From the NCBI RefSeq assembly GCF_009914755.1, contig NC_060938.1: DNA of 64,000 nucleotides; one strand, given 5' to 3'. A program made the translations under genes and the position numbers. This document shows, in pieces, positions 27,701 through 43,700 of this stretch. Under the pieces are notes generated by a model. It searched no databases, had not been told where the DNA came from, and was given only the letters and a program-made list of their open reading frames with translations. The stretch is from the human T2T-CHM13v2.0 reference genome, Homo sapiens. Every line of letters begins with the position of its first letter. The first letter of the stretch is position 1.

Positions 27701-30700
27701 AGATTCTGAGAAATTCCTTTGTGATGTGTGCATTCATCTCACAGAGTTGAACCTTACTTTTGATTGAGCAGTTTTGAAACACTCTTTTTTGTAGAATCTG
27801 CAAGTGGACATTTGCTGCACTTTGAGGCCTATGGTGTGGTTAATGAAATATCTTCATATAATAACTAGACAGAAGCATTATGACACACTTATTTGTGATG
27901 TGTGCAGTCGTCTCACAGAGTGGAACCTTTCTTTTGATTGAGCAGCTCTGAAACACTCTTTTTGTATAATCTGCAATTGGATATTTGGAGCACTTTGAGG
28001 CCTTTGGTGGAAAAGGAAATATCATCACATAAAAACCAGACAGAAGCATTCTGACAAACTCTTTTGTGATGCATGCATTCATCTCACAGAATTGAACCTT
28101 ACTTTTCATTGAGCAGTTTTGAAGCACTCTTTTTGTAGAATCTGCAAGTGGACATTTGGAGTGCTTGAGACCTATGGTTGAAAAGGAGATATCTTCACAT
28201 AAAAACTAGACAGAAGCATTCTGACAAACTTCTTTGTAATGTGTGCATTCACATCACCGAGTTGAACCTTACCTTCAATTGAGCAGTTTCAAAACAATTT
28301 TTTGTAGAATCTGCAAGTGGACATTTGAAGCACTTGAGGCCTATGTTGGAAAAGGAAATATCTCCACATAAAAATTAGACAAAAGCATTCTGACAAACTT
28401 CTTTGTGATGTGTGCATTCATGTCACAGAGTTGAACCTTACTTTTGATTGAGCAGTTTTGAAGCACCCTTTTGGTAATATCCACAAGTGGACTTTTGGAG
28501 TACCTTGAGAGCTTTGGTGGAAAAGAAATATCTTCACATAAGAACTATACAGAAGCATTCTGACAAATTTCTCTGTGATGGGTGCATTCATCTCACAGAT
28601 TTGAACTTTATTTTGATTAAGCAGCTTTGAAGCACTGTTTTTGTAAAATCTGCAAGTGGACATTTGGAGTGCTTTGAGGCCTATGTTGGATAACGAAATA
28701 TCTTCACGTAAAAACCAGATAGACGCATTCTGACATACATCTTTGTGATGTGTGCATTAATCTCTCAGAGTTGAAACTTAATTTCCATTCAGAATTTTGA
28801 AATACTCTTTTTGTACTATCTGCAAGTGCACATTTGGAGCGCTTTGAGGCCTATGGTGGAAAAGTAAATATCTTCACATAAAACCTAGATAGAAGCATTC
28901 TGACAAACTTCTTTGTGATGTATGCATTTATCTCACAGAGTTGAACCTTACCTTTCATTCAGCAGTTCTGAAACACTCTTTTTGTTGAATCTGCATTTGG
29001 ACATTTGGAGCACTTTGAGGCCGATGGTGGAAAAGGAAATGTCTTCTCATAAAAACTAGACAGAAGCATTGTGACAACCTTCTTTGTGACATGTGCATTC
29101 ATCTCACAGAGTTGAACCTTACTTTTGATTGAGCAGTTTTGAAACACCCTTTATGTAATGTCTGCAAGTGGACATTTGGAGTGCTTTGAGGCATATGGTG
29201 GAAAAGGAAATATCTTCACATATAAACCAGACAGAAGCATTCTGACAAACTTCTTTGTGATGTGTGCATTTATCTCGCAGAGCTGGACCTTTCTTTTCAT
29301 TGAGCAGCTTTGAAACACTCTTTTTGTAGAATCTGCAACTGGACATTTTGAGCGCTTTGAGGCCTACAGTGGAAAAGGAATATCTTCAGATAAAACTAGA
29401 CAGAAGCATTTTGAAAAACTTCTTTGTGACGTTTGCATTCATCTCACTGACTTGAACCTTTCTTTTGATTGAGCAGTTTTGAAAAAGTATTTTATAGAAT
29501 CTGCATGTGGACATTTGGAGCACTTTGAGGCCTATGGTAGAAAAGAAAATATGTTCACATGAAAACTACACAGAAGCATTCTGACAAACGTCTTTGTTAT
29601 ATGTGCATTCTTCTCATAGAGTTGAACCTTTCTTTTGATTGAGCAGCTTTGGAACACCCTATATGTAGAATCTGCAAGTGAACATTTGGAGCACTTTGAG
29701 GCCAATGGTGGAAAAGGAAATATCTTCACATAAAAACTAAACAGACGTATTCTGACAACCTTATTTGTGATATGTGCATTCATCTCACAGAGTTGAACCT
29801 TTCTTTTGATTGAGCAGTTTTGAAACATCCTTTTTCTGCTATTTGAAAGTGGACATTTGGAGTGCTTTGAGGCCTATGGAGGAAAAGGAAATATCTTCAC
29901 ATAAGAACTAAACAGAAGCATTCTGAGAAATTTCTTTGTGATGTGTGCAATCATCTCACAGAGTTGAACCTTACTTTTGATTGTCCAGTTTTGAAACACT
30001 CTTTTTGTAGAATCTAAAAGTGGACATTTGGAGCGCTTTGAGGCCTATGGTGGATAATGAAATATCTTCATATAATAAATAGAGAGAAGCATTATGATAA
30101 ACTTTTTGTGATGTCTGCATACATCTCACAAAGTGTTGAAACTTTCTTTTGATTGAGCAGCTTTGCAACATTCTTTTTGTAGAATCTGCAAGTGGACATT
30201 TGGAGTGCTTTGAGGCCTATGGTGGAAAACGAAATATCTTCACATAAAAATTGGACAGAACCATTCTGAGAAACTTCTTTGTGATGTGTGCATTCATCTT
30301 ACAGGGTTGAACCTCCCTTTTGATTGAGCACTTTGGAAGCACTCTTTTTGTAAAATCTGCAAGTGGACAATTGGAGTGCTTTGAGGCCTATGGTGGAAAA
30401 GGAAATATCTTCACTTAAAAACTAGACAGAAGCATTCTGACAAACTTCTTTGTGATGTGTGCATTCATCTCACAAAGAATTGAAACTTTCTTTGATTCAG
30501 GAGCTTTGAAACACTCTTTTTGTAGAATCTGCAAGTGTACATTTGGAGCACTTTGAGGCCTATGGTGGAAAAGGGAACATCTTCACATACAGAACAGACA
30601 GAAGCATTCTGACAAACTTCTTTTCAATGTGTGCGTTCAACTCAAAGATTTGAACCTTACTTTTCATTGAGCAGATTTGAAACACTCTTTTTGTAGAATC

Positions 30701-33700
30701 TGCAAGTGGACAATTGGACCGCTTTCTGGCCTATGGTGGAAAAGGATGTATCGTCACATAAAAACTAGACAGAAATCTTCTGACAAACTTCTTTGTTATG
30801 CATGCATTCATCTTTCAGAGTTGAAACTTCCTTTTGATTGAGCAACTTTGAAACACTCTTTTTGTAGAATCTGCAAGTAGTCATTTGTAGCGCTTTGGGG
30901 ACTATGGCGAAAAAGGAAATATCTTCACATAAAAACTAGACAGAAGCATTCTGACAAACTTCTTTGTGATGTGGGCATTCATCTCACAGAGTTGAACCTT
31001 ACTTTTCATTGAGCAATTTTGAAACACTCTTTTTGGAGAATCTGTAAGTGGACATTTTGAGGGCTTTGACGCACATGGTGGAAAAGGAAATATCTTCATA
31101 TATCTTCATATAAAAAACAGAAGCATTCTGACAACCTTCATTGTGATATGTGCATTCATCTCCCAGAGTTGAACCTTAGTTTTGATTGAGCAGTTTTGAA
31201 ACACCCTTTTTGTAGTATCTGCAAGAGGACATTTAGAGTGCTTTGAGGCCTATGGTGGAAAAGGAAATACCCTCATATAAAAACGAGACAGAAGCATTCT
31301 GACAAACTACTTTGTGATGTGTACATTCATCTCACAGAGCTGGACCTTTCTTTTGATTGAGCAGCTTTGAAACACTCTTTTTGTAGAATCTGCAATTGGA
31401 CATTTGGAGCGCTTTGAGGTCTATGGTCGAAAAGCAAATATCTTCACAGAAAAACTAGACAGAAGCATTTTGAAAAACTTCTTTGTGACGTTTGCATTCA
31501 TCTCACTGACTTGAAACTTTCTTTTGATTGAGCTGTTTTGAAAAACTCTTTTTGTAGGATCTGCAAGTGGACATTTAGAGCGCTTTGAGGCCTATGGTGG
31601 AAAAGAAAATATCTTCACCTAAAAACCAGACAGAATTATTCTGAGAAACTTCTTTGTGATGTGTGCATTCATCTCACAAAGTTGAACCTTACTTTTCATT
31701 GAGCAATTTTGAAACACTCTTTTTGTAGAATCTGCAAGTGGACATTTGGAGCACTTTTAGATCTATGGTGGAAAAGGAAATATCTTCACATAAAAACTAG
31801 ACAGAACTATTCTGAGAAACTTCTTTGGGATGTGTGCTTTCATCTCACAGAGTAAAACATTCTTTTGATCGAGCAGTTTTGTAAGTCTCTTTTTGTAGAA
31901 TCTGCAAGTGGACATTTTGAGTCCTTTCAGGTCTATGGTGGAAAAGGAAATATCTACAAATTGAAACTTGACAGAAGAATTCTGAGAAACTCCTTTGTGA
32001 TGCTTGCATTTATCTAACAGAGTTAAACCTTTCTTTATGATTGAGCAGTTCGGAAACCCTCTTTTTGTAGAATCTGCTAGCGGATATTTGGAGCGTTTTG
32101 CAGCCTATGGTGGAAAAGGAAATATCTTCACATAAAAACTAAACAGATGTATTCTGATAAACTTCTATGTGATGTGTGCGTTCATCTCACAGAGTTGAAC
32201 CTTTCTTTTGATTGAGCAGTTTGGAAACACTCTTTTCGTAGAATCTGCAAGTAGACGTATGGAATGCTTTGAAGCCTATGGTAGAACAGGAAATATCTTC
32301 ACATAAAATCTAGACAGAGGAATTCTGAGAGACTTCTTTGTGATGCGTGTACTCATCTTACAGAGTTAAACCTTCCTTTTGAATGAGCAGATTTGAAACT
32401 GTCTTTTTGTAGAATCTGCAAGTGGACATTTTGAGCGCCTTGAGGCCTATGGTGGAAAAGAAAATGCCTTCACATGAAAACTAGACAGAAGAATTCTGAG
32501 AAACTTCTTTCTGATGTGTGCGTTAATCTCACACAGTTGAACCTTTCTTTTGATTGAGCAGTTTCAAAACACTCTTTTTGTAGAATCTGCAAGTAGACAT
32601 TTGGAGGGCTTTGTGGCCTACGGTAGAAAAGGAAATATCATCACATAAAATCTAGACAGAAGCAATCTGAGACTTCTTTGTGATGTGTGCATTCACCACA
32701 CATTGTTTAACCTTTCCCTTGATTGAGCAGTTTTGAAACTCTTTTTGTAGAATCTACAAGTCTACATTTGGAGTGCTTTGAGGCCTATGGTGGAAAAGGA
32801 AATATCTTCACATAAAAACTAGTCAAAAGAATTCTGAGAAACTTCTTGGTGATGTGTGCGTTCACCTCACAGAGCTGAACCATTGTTTTGATTGAGCAGT
32901 TTGGAAACCCTCTTTTCGTAGAATATGCAAGTGGACATTTGGAGTACTTTGATGCCCCTGGTCGAAAAGGAAATATCTTAACTTAAAAACTAGACAGAAG
33001 CATTCTGAGAAACTTCTTTCTGATGTGTGAATTCATCTCACAGGGTTGAACCTCTCTTTTGAAAGACCAGTTTTGAAATATGCTTTTTGTAGAATCTGCA
33101 AGTAGAATTTTCGAGAGCCATGAGGCCTATGGTGGAATAGGAAATATCTCCACATAAAAACTAGACAGAAGAATTCTGAGAAACTTCTTTGTGATGTTTG
33201 CGATCATCTCACAGAGTTGAACCTTTCTTTTGATTGAGCAGTTTGGAAACAATCTTTTTGAAGAATCTGCAAGTGAACATTTGGAGAGCTTTGTGGCGTA
33301 TGATAGGAAAGGAAATATCTTCACATAAAATCTAGAGGAAGAAATCTGAGAAATTCCTTTTGATGTGTGCATTCATGTCACAGAATTAAACCTTTCTTTT
33401 GATTGAGCAGTTTTGAAACTCTCTTTTTGTAGAATCTGCAAGTGGACATTTGGAGCGCTTTGCGGCCAATGGTGGAAAAGGAAATACCTTCACATAAAAA
33501 CTAGACAGAAGCATTCTCAGAAACTTCTTTGTGATGTGTGAATTCATCTCCCAGAGTTGAAACATTCTTTTGATGGAACAGTATTGATATACTCTTTTGG
33601 TAGAATCTGCAAGTGGACATTTCAAATTCATTGAGGCTTATGGTGGAAAAGGAAATATCTTTACATAAAAACAAGGAAATATCTTTACATAAAAACTAGA

Positions 33701-34477
33701 CAGAAGAATCCTGGGAAACTTCTTTGTGATGTGTGCATTCATCTCACAGAGTTGAACCTTTCTTTTGAATGAGCAGTTTGGAAAGTCTCTTTTTGTAGAA
33801 TCTTCAAGTGGACATTTGGAGTGCTTTGAAGCCTATGGTAGAAAAGGAAATATCTTCACATAAAACCTAGAAAGAAGCAATCTGAGAAACTACTTTGTGA
33901 TGTGTGCATTCATCTCACCGTGTTAAAACTTTCTCTTGATTGAGGAGTTTTGAAACTTTCTTTTTGTAGTATCTGCAAGTGGTCATTTGGAGCGCTTTGA
34001 GGACTATGGTGGAAAAGGAAATATCTTCACATAAAAACCAGACAGAATAATTCTGAGAAACTTCTTTGTGATGAGTGAGTTCATCTCACAATGTTGAACC
34101 TTTCTTTGATTGAGCAGTTTGGAAGCACTCTTTTTGTACAATCTGCAGATGGATATTTGGAGCGCTATGCTGCCTATGGTAGAAAACGAAATATCTTCAC
34201 ATAAAATCTAGACAGAAACAATCTGAGAAACTTCCGTTTGATGTGTGCGTTAATCTCACAGAGTTAAATCTTTCTTTTCATTGAGCAGTTTTGAAACTCT
34301 CTTTTTGTAGAATCTGCAAGTGGACATTTGGAGCGCTTTTAGAACAATGGTGGAAAAGGAAATATCTTCACATAAAAACGAGACAGAAGAATTCTGAGAA
34401 ACTTCTTTGTGATGTGTGTATTCATCTCACGGAGTTGAACCTTTCTTTTGATTGAGCAGTTTTGAAATGCTCTTTTT
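24789..34477 (+). repeat. Divergent alpha satellite, forward orientation
   Basis: Units read gaagcattctgacaaacttctttgtgatgtgtgcattcatctcacagagttgaac...; strand switches at ...gtgtttcagaactg|gaaagaaacattctgac. Confidence 0.97.
26530..28110 (+). repeat. Local 3-monomer (514-bp) higher-order repeat, ~3 copies
   Basis: The rare variant gctgcactttgaggcctatggtggttaa...tataataactag recurs at 26786, 27300 and 27814 (514-bp spacing); cacataagaactag and atctgcaattgg recur at the same period. Confidence 0.88.
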
Positions 34478-37719
<3,242 letters not shown>

Positions 37720-40700
37720 CAGACATCACAAAGTAGTTTCTCAGATTGCTTCTGTCTAGATTTTATGTGAAGATATTTCTTTTTCTACCATAGACTTCAA
37801 AGCGATCCAAATGTCCACTTGCAGATTCTACAAAAAGAGTGTTTCCAAACTGTTCAATCAAAACAAAGTTCAACTCTGTGAGATGAATGCACGCATCACA
37901 AAAAAGTTTCTCGGAGTTCTTCTGTCTAGTTTTTATGTGAAGATAATTTATTTTCCAAAATAGGCCTCAAGGCACTCGAAATATCCACTTGCGGATTCTA
38001 CAAAAGAATCTTTCAAAACTGGTCCACCAAAAGAAAGGTTTACCTCTGTGAGATGAATGCAAACATCACAAAGAAGTTTCTCCCATTGCTTCTGTCTAGA
38101 TTTTATGTGAAGATATTTCCTTTTCTACCATAGCCTGCAAAACCCTCCAAATGTCCACTTTCAGATTCTACAAAAAGAGAGTTTCAAAACTGCTCCATCA
38201 AAAGAAAGGTCCAACTCTGTCAGATGAATGCACACATCACAAAGAAATTTCTCTTCTTGCTTCTGTCTAGATTGTATGTGAAGATATTTCCTTTTCCACC
38301 ATAGGCCTCAAAACACTCCAAATGTCCACTTCCAGATTCTACAAAAAGAGAGTTTCAAAGCTCTTCAATCAGAAGAAAGGTTCAACTCTGTGAGATGAAT
38401 GCACACTTCACAAAGAAGTTTCTCTGATTTCTTCTGTATAGATTTTATGTTACGATATTTCTTTTTCTACCATAGGCCTCAAAGCACTCCAAATGTCCAC
38501 TTTCAGATTCTACAAAAAGAGTTTCAAAACTTCTGAATTAAAATAAAAGTTTATCTCAGTGAGATGAATGCACACATCACAAAGAAGTTGCTCAGATTGC
38601 TTCTGTCTAGATATTATGTGAAGATATTTCCTTTTCTATCATAGGCCACAAGGCACTCCAAATGTCCACTTGCAGATTCTACAAAAAGAATGTTTCCAAA
38701 CTGCTCATTCAAAAGAAAGATTGAACTCTGTCAGATGAACGCACACATCACAAAGAAGTTTCACAGAATTCTTTTGTCTAGTTTTTATGTGAAGATATTT
38801 CCTTTCCCACCATAGGCCTCAAAGCCCTCCAAATGTCCACTTGCAGATTCTACAGAGAGTTTCAAAACTCCTGCATCAAAAAAAACATGTTAACCTCTTT
38901 CAGATGAATGTACACATCACAAAGAAGTTTCTCAGATTGCTTCTGTCTAGATTTTGTCTGAAGATATTTCCTTTTCTGCCACAGACCGTAAAGCGCTCCA
39001 AATATCCATTTTCAGATTCTACAAAAAGACTCTTTCCAAACTCCTCAATCAAAAGAAAGGTTCAACTCTGTAAGATGAACGCAGACATCACAAAGATGTT
39101 TCCCAGAATTCTTCTGTCTAGTTTTTATGTGAAGATATTTCATTTTCCACCAGAGGCCTCAAGGTGCTCAAATTGTCCACTTGCAGATTCTACAAAAAGA
39201 GAGTTTCAAAACTGTTCTATCAAAACAAAGCTTTAACTCTGTGAGTTGAATGCACACATCACAAAGAAGTTTCTCAGATTGCTTCTGTCCAGATTTTATG
39301 TGAAGATATTTCCTTTTCTACCATAGGCCGCAAAGCACTTTAAATGTCCACTTGCAGATTCTACAAAAAGAGTGTTTCAAAACTCCTCAATGAAAAGAAA
39401 GATTCAACTCTGTCAGATGAATGCACACATCACCAAGTCGTTTCTCAGAATTCTTCTGCCTAGTTTTTATTTGAAGATATTTCCTTTCCAACCATAGTCC
39501 TCAAAGCGCTCCAAATGTCCACTTGCAGATTCTACAGAGAGTTTCAAAACTCCTGCATCAAAAAAAAAGAGGTTTACCTCTTTCAGATGAATGAACACAT
39601 CACAAAGAAGTTTCTCAGATTGCTTTTGTCTAGATTTTGTCTGAAGATATTTCCTTTTCTGCCATAGGCCAAAAAGCGCTCCAAATATCCACTTGCAGAT
39701 CCTACAAAAAGAGTGTTTCTGTACTCCTCAATCAAAAGAAAGTTTCAACTCTGTGAGATGAACGCACACATCACAAAGAAGTTTCTCAGAATTCTTCTGT
39801 CTAGTTTTTATGTGATGATATTTCCTTTTGTACCATGGGCCACAAAGAAATCGAAATGTCTACTTGCACATTCTACAAAAAGTGAGTTTCAAATCTACAC
39901 TATCAAAAGAAAGGTTTAACTCTGTGAGATGAATGCCCACATAACAAAGAAGTTTCTCAGATTGCTTCTGTCTAGATTTTATGTACGGATAATTCTTTTT
40001 CTAGCATAGGCCGCACAGCACTCCAAATGTCCACCTGAAGATTCTACAACAAAAGTTTTTCCAAACTGCTCAATAAAAAGAAAGGTTCAACTCTGTGAGA
40101 TGAATGCACGCATCACAAAGTAGTTTCTCAGAATTCTTCTGTCTAGTTTTTATGTGAAGATATTTCCTTTTCCACCGTAGGCCTCAAAATGCCCCAAATG
40201 TCCACGTGCAGATTCTATAAAAAGAGTTTCAAAACAGCTCAATCAAAAGGAAGTTTTAACTCTGTGAGATGAATGCACACATCACAAAGAAGTTTCTCAG
40301 ATTGCTTCTGTCTACAATTTATGTGAAGATATTTCCTTTTATACCTTAGGCCCCAACGCACTCCAAATGTCCACTTGCAGATTCTACAAAAAGAGTGTTT
40401 CCAAACTTCTCAATCAAAAGAAGGTTCAAATCTGTGAGAAGAACACAGGCATCACAAAGAAGTTTCTCAGAATTCTTCTGTCTAGTTTTTATGTGAAGAT
40501 ACATTATTTTCCACCATAGGCCACAAAACACTCTAAATGTCCACTTGCAGATTCTACAAAAAGAGAGTTTCAAATCTGGTCCATCAAAAGAAATGTTCAA
40601 CCCTGTGAGATGAACGCACATATCACAAAGGAGTTTATCAGATTGCTTCTATCTAGATTTTATGTGAAGATATTTCCTTTTCTACCATAGATCGCAAAGC

Positions 40701-43700
40701 ACTCCAAATGTCCACTTGAAGATTCTACAAAAAGAATGTTTCCAACTGCTCAATCAAAAGAAATGTTCAGCTCTATGAGATGAATCCAGACATCACAAAG
40801 AAGTGTCTCAGAATTCTTCTATCTAGTTTTTATGTGAAGATATTTCCTTTTCCACCATAGGTATAAAATCTCTCCAAATATTCACTTGCAGATTCTACAA
40901 AAAGAGAGTTTCAAAACTACTGAATGAAAAGAAAGGTTTAACTGTGTGGGATGAATGCACACATCACAAAGAACTTTCTCAGATTGCTTCTATCTAGATT
41001 TTATGTGAATATCTTTCCTTTTCTACCATAGGTCTCAAAGCGCTCCAAAGGTCCACTTGCAGATTCTACAAAAAGTGTGTTTCCAAACAGCTCAATCAAA
41101 AGAAATTTTTGACTCTGTGAGATGAACGCACGCATCACAAAGATGTTTCTCAGAATTCTTCTGTCTAGTTTTTATATGAAGATACTTCCTTTTCCACGAT
41201 GGGCCTCAAAGTGATCCAAATATCCACTTGCAGATTCTACAAAAGGAGTGTTTCAAATCTCCCCAATCAAAAAAAAAGATTTAACTCTGTGAGATGAATG
41301 CAACATCACAAAGAAGTTTCTCAGATTGCTTCTGTCTGGATTTTATGTGAAGATATTTCCTTTTCCACCATAGGCCTTTAAGAGCTCCAAATGTCCACTT
41401 CCAGATTCTACGAAAGGAGAGTTTCAAAATGGCTCAATCAAGAGAAAGTTTTAACTCTGTGAGATAAATGCACACATCGTAAAGGAATTTCTCAGATTGC
41501 TTCTGTCTATATTTTATGTGAGGGTATTCCGTTTTCTACCATAGGCTGCAAAGCGCCCCAAATATCCACGTACAGATTCTACCAAAAGAGAGTTTCAAAA
41601 CTACTCTGTCAAAAGATAGGTTCAAATCAATGAGTTGAATTCACACATAACAAGGAAGTTTCCCAGAATGCTTCTGTGTAGTTTTTATACGAAGATATTT
41701 CCTTTTCCAAAATAGACCGCAAAGCCCTTCACATATTCACTTCTAGATTCTACAAAAAAAGTGTTTCAAAACTACTCAGTCAATAGAAAGCTTCAACTCT
41801 GTGTGGTGAATGCATTTTTCTCAAAGAAGTTTCCCAGAATGCTTCTGTGTAGTTTTTATTTGAAGATATTTCATTTTCCACCATAGGGCGCAAAGTACTC
41901 CAAGTATCCACTTGCAGATTCTACAAAATGAGAGATTTAAAAGTGCTGAATCAAAAGATAGGGTGAACACTGTGAGTTGAATGCACACATAACAAGAAGT
42001 TTCGCAGAATGCTTCTGCGCAGTATTTATGTGAAGATATTTCCTTTTTCAAAATAGGCCTCAAATAGCTCCAAATATCCACTTACAGATTCTACTAAAAG
42101 AGTGTTTCCAAACAGCTCAATCAAAAGAACAGTTAAATTCTGTGAGACAAATGCACACATCACAAGGATGTTTCTCAGAATGCTTCTGTGTAGTTTCAGT
42201 TTGAAGATATTTCCTTTTCCATTATAGGCCACAAAGGGCTCCAAATATCGACTTGCAGATCCTACAAAAGAGAGATTCAAATCTGCCCAATCCAAAGATA
42301 GATTCAACTCTGTGAGTTGAATGCACACATCACAAAGAAGTTTCCCAGAAAGCTTCTGTGTCGTTTTTATCTGAAGATATTTCCTTTTCCACAATGGGCC
42401 CCAAAGCTCTCCAAATATCAACTTGCAGATACTGCAAAAAGAGTGTTTCAAAACTGTTCAATCAAAGGAAGGTTTCAACTCTGTGTGATGAATGCACTCA
42501 TCACAATGAAGTTTCTCTGAATGCTTCTGTGTAGTATTTATTTGAAGATATATCCTTTTCCACCGAAGAGCACAAAGGGCTCCAAATATCCACTTGCAGA
42601 TTCTACAAAAAGAGAGATTCAAAACGGCTCAATCAAAAGATAGGTTCAACTCTCTGAGTTGAATGCACACATCACAAAGAAGTTTCTCAGAATGCTTCTG
42701 TGTAGTTTTTATTTGAAGATATTTCCTTTTCCACAATAGGCCTCAAATCACTCCAAATATCCACTTGCAGATTCTACAAAAAGAGTGTTTCAAAACTGCT
42801 CAATCAAAAGAAAGGTTCAACTCTGTGAGGTGAACTCACACATCACGAAGAAGTTTCTCAGAATGCTTTTGTGTAGTTTTTAGGTGAAGATATGTGCTTT
42901 TCCAAAGTAGGCCTCAAAGTGCTCATAATATCCACTTGCTGATTATACATAAAGAGTGTTTCAAAACTGCTCTATCATAAGATAGGTTCAACCCACTGAG
43001 ATGAATGCACAGATCACAAAGACTTTTCTCAGAATGCTTCTGTGTAGTTTTTATTTGAAGATATTTCCCTTTCCACCATAGAGTGTAAATGGTTCCAAAT
43101 ATCCACTTGCAGATTCTACAAAAAGAGAAATAGATATCTGTCCAATTATAAGATAGGTTCAACCTTGTGAAATGAATGCACACATCACAAAGATGTTTCT
43201 CAGAATGCTTCTGTGTAATTTTTATGTGAAGATACTTCCTTTTCCACAATAGGCCTCAAATCGCTCTAAATATCCACTTGCAGATTCTGCAAAAAGAGTG
43301 TTTCAAAACTTCCCAATCAAAAGAAAGGTTCAACCCTGCCAGATGAATGCACACATCACAATCAAGTTTCTCAGAATGCTTCTGTGTAGTTTTTATTTGA
43401 AGATATTTTCTTTTCCACCATAGGCCACAAAGGGCTCCAAATATCCACTTGCAGATTGCACAAAAAGAGAGATTCAAAACTGTCCAATCAAAAGATAGGT
43501 TCAACTCTCTGAGTTGAATGCACACATCACAAAAAAGTTTTTCAAAATGCCGCTGTGTAGCTTTTATGTGAAGATATATCCTTTTCCACAATAGGCCTCA
43601 AATCGCTCCAAATATCCACTTGCAGATTCTACAAACAGAGTGTTTTAAAACTGTTCCATCAAAAGGAAGTTTCATCTCTGTGAGATGAATGCACACATAA

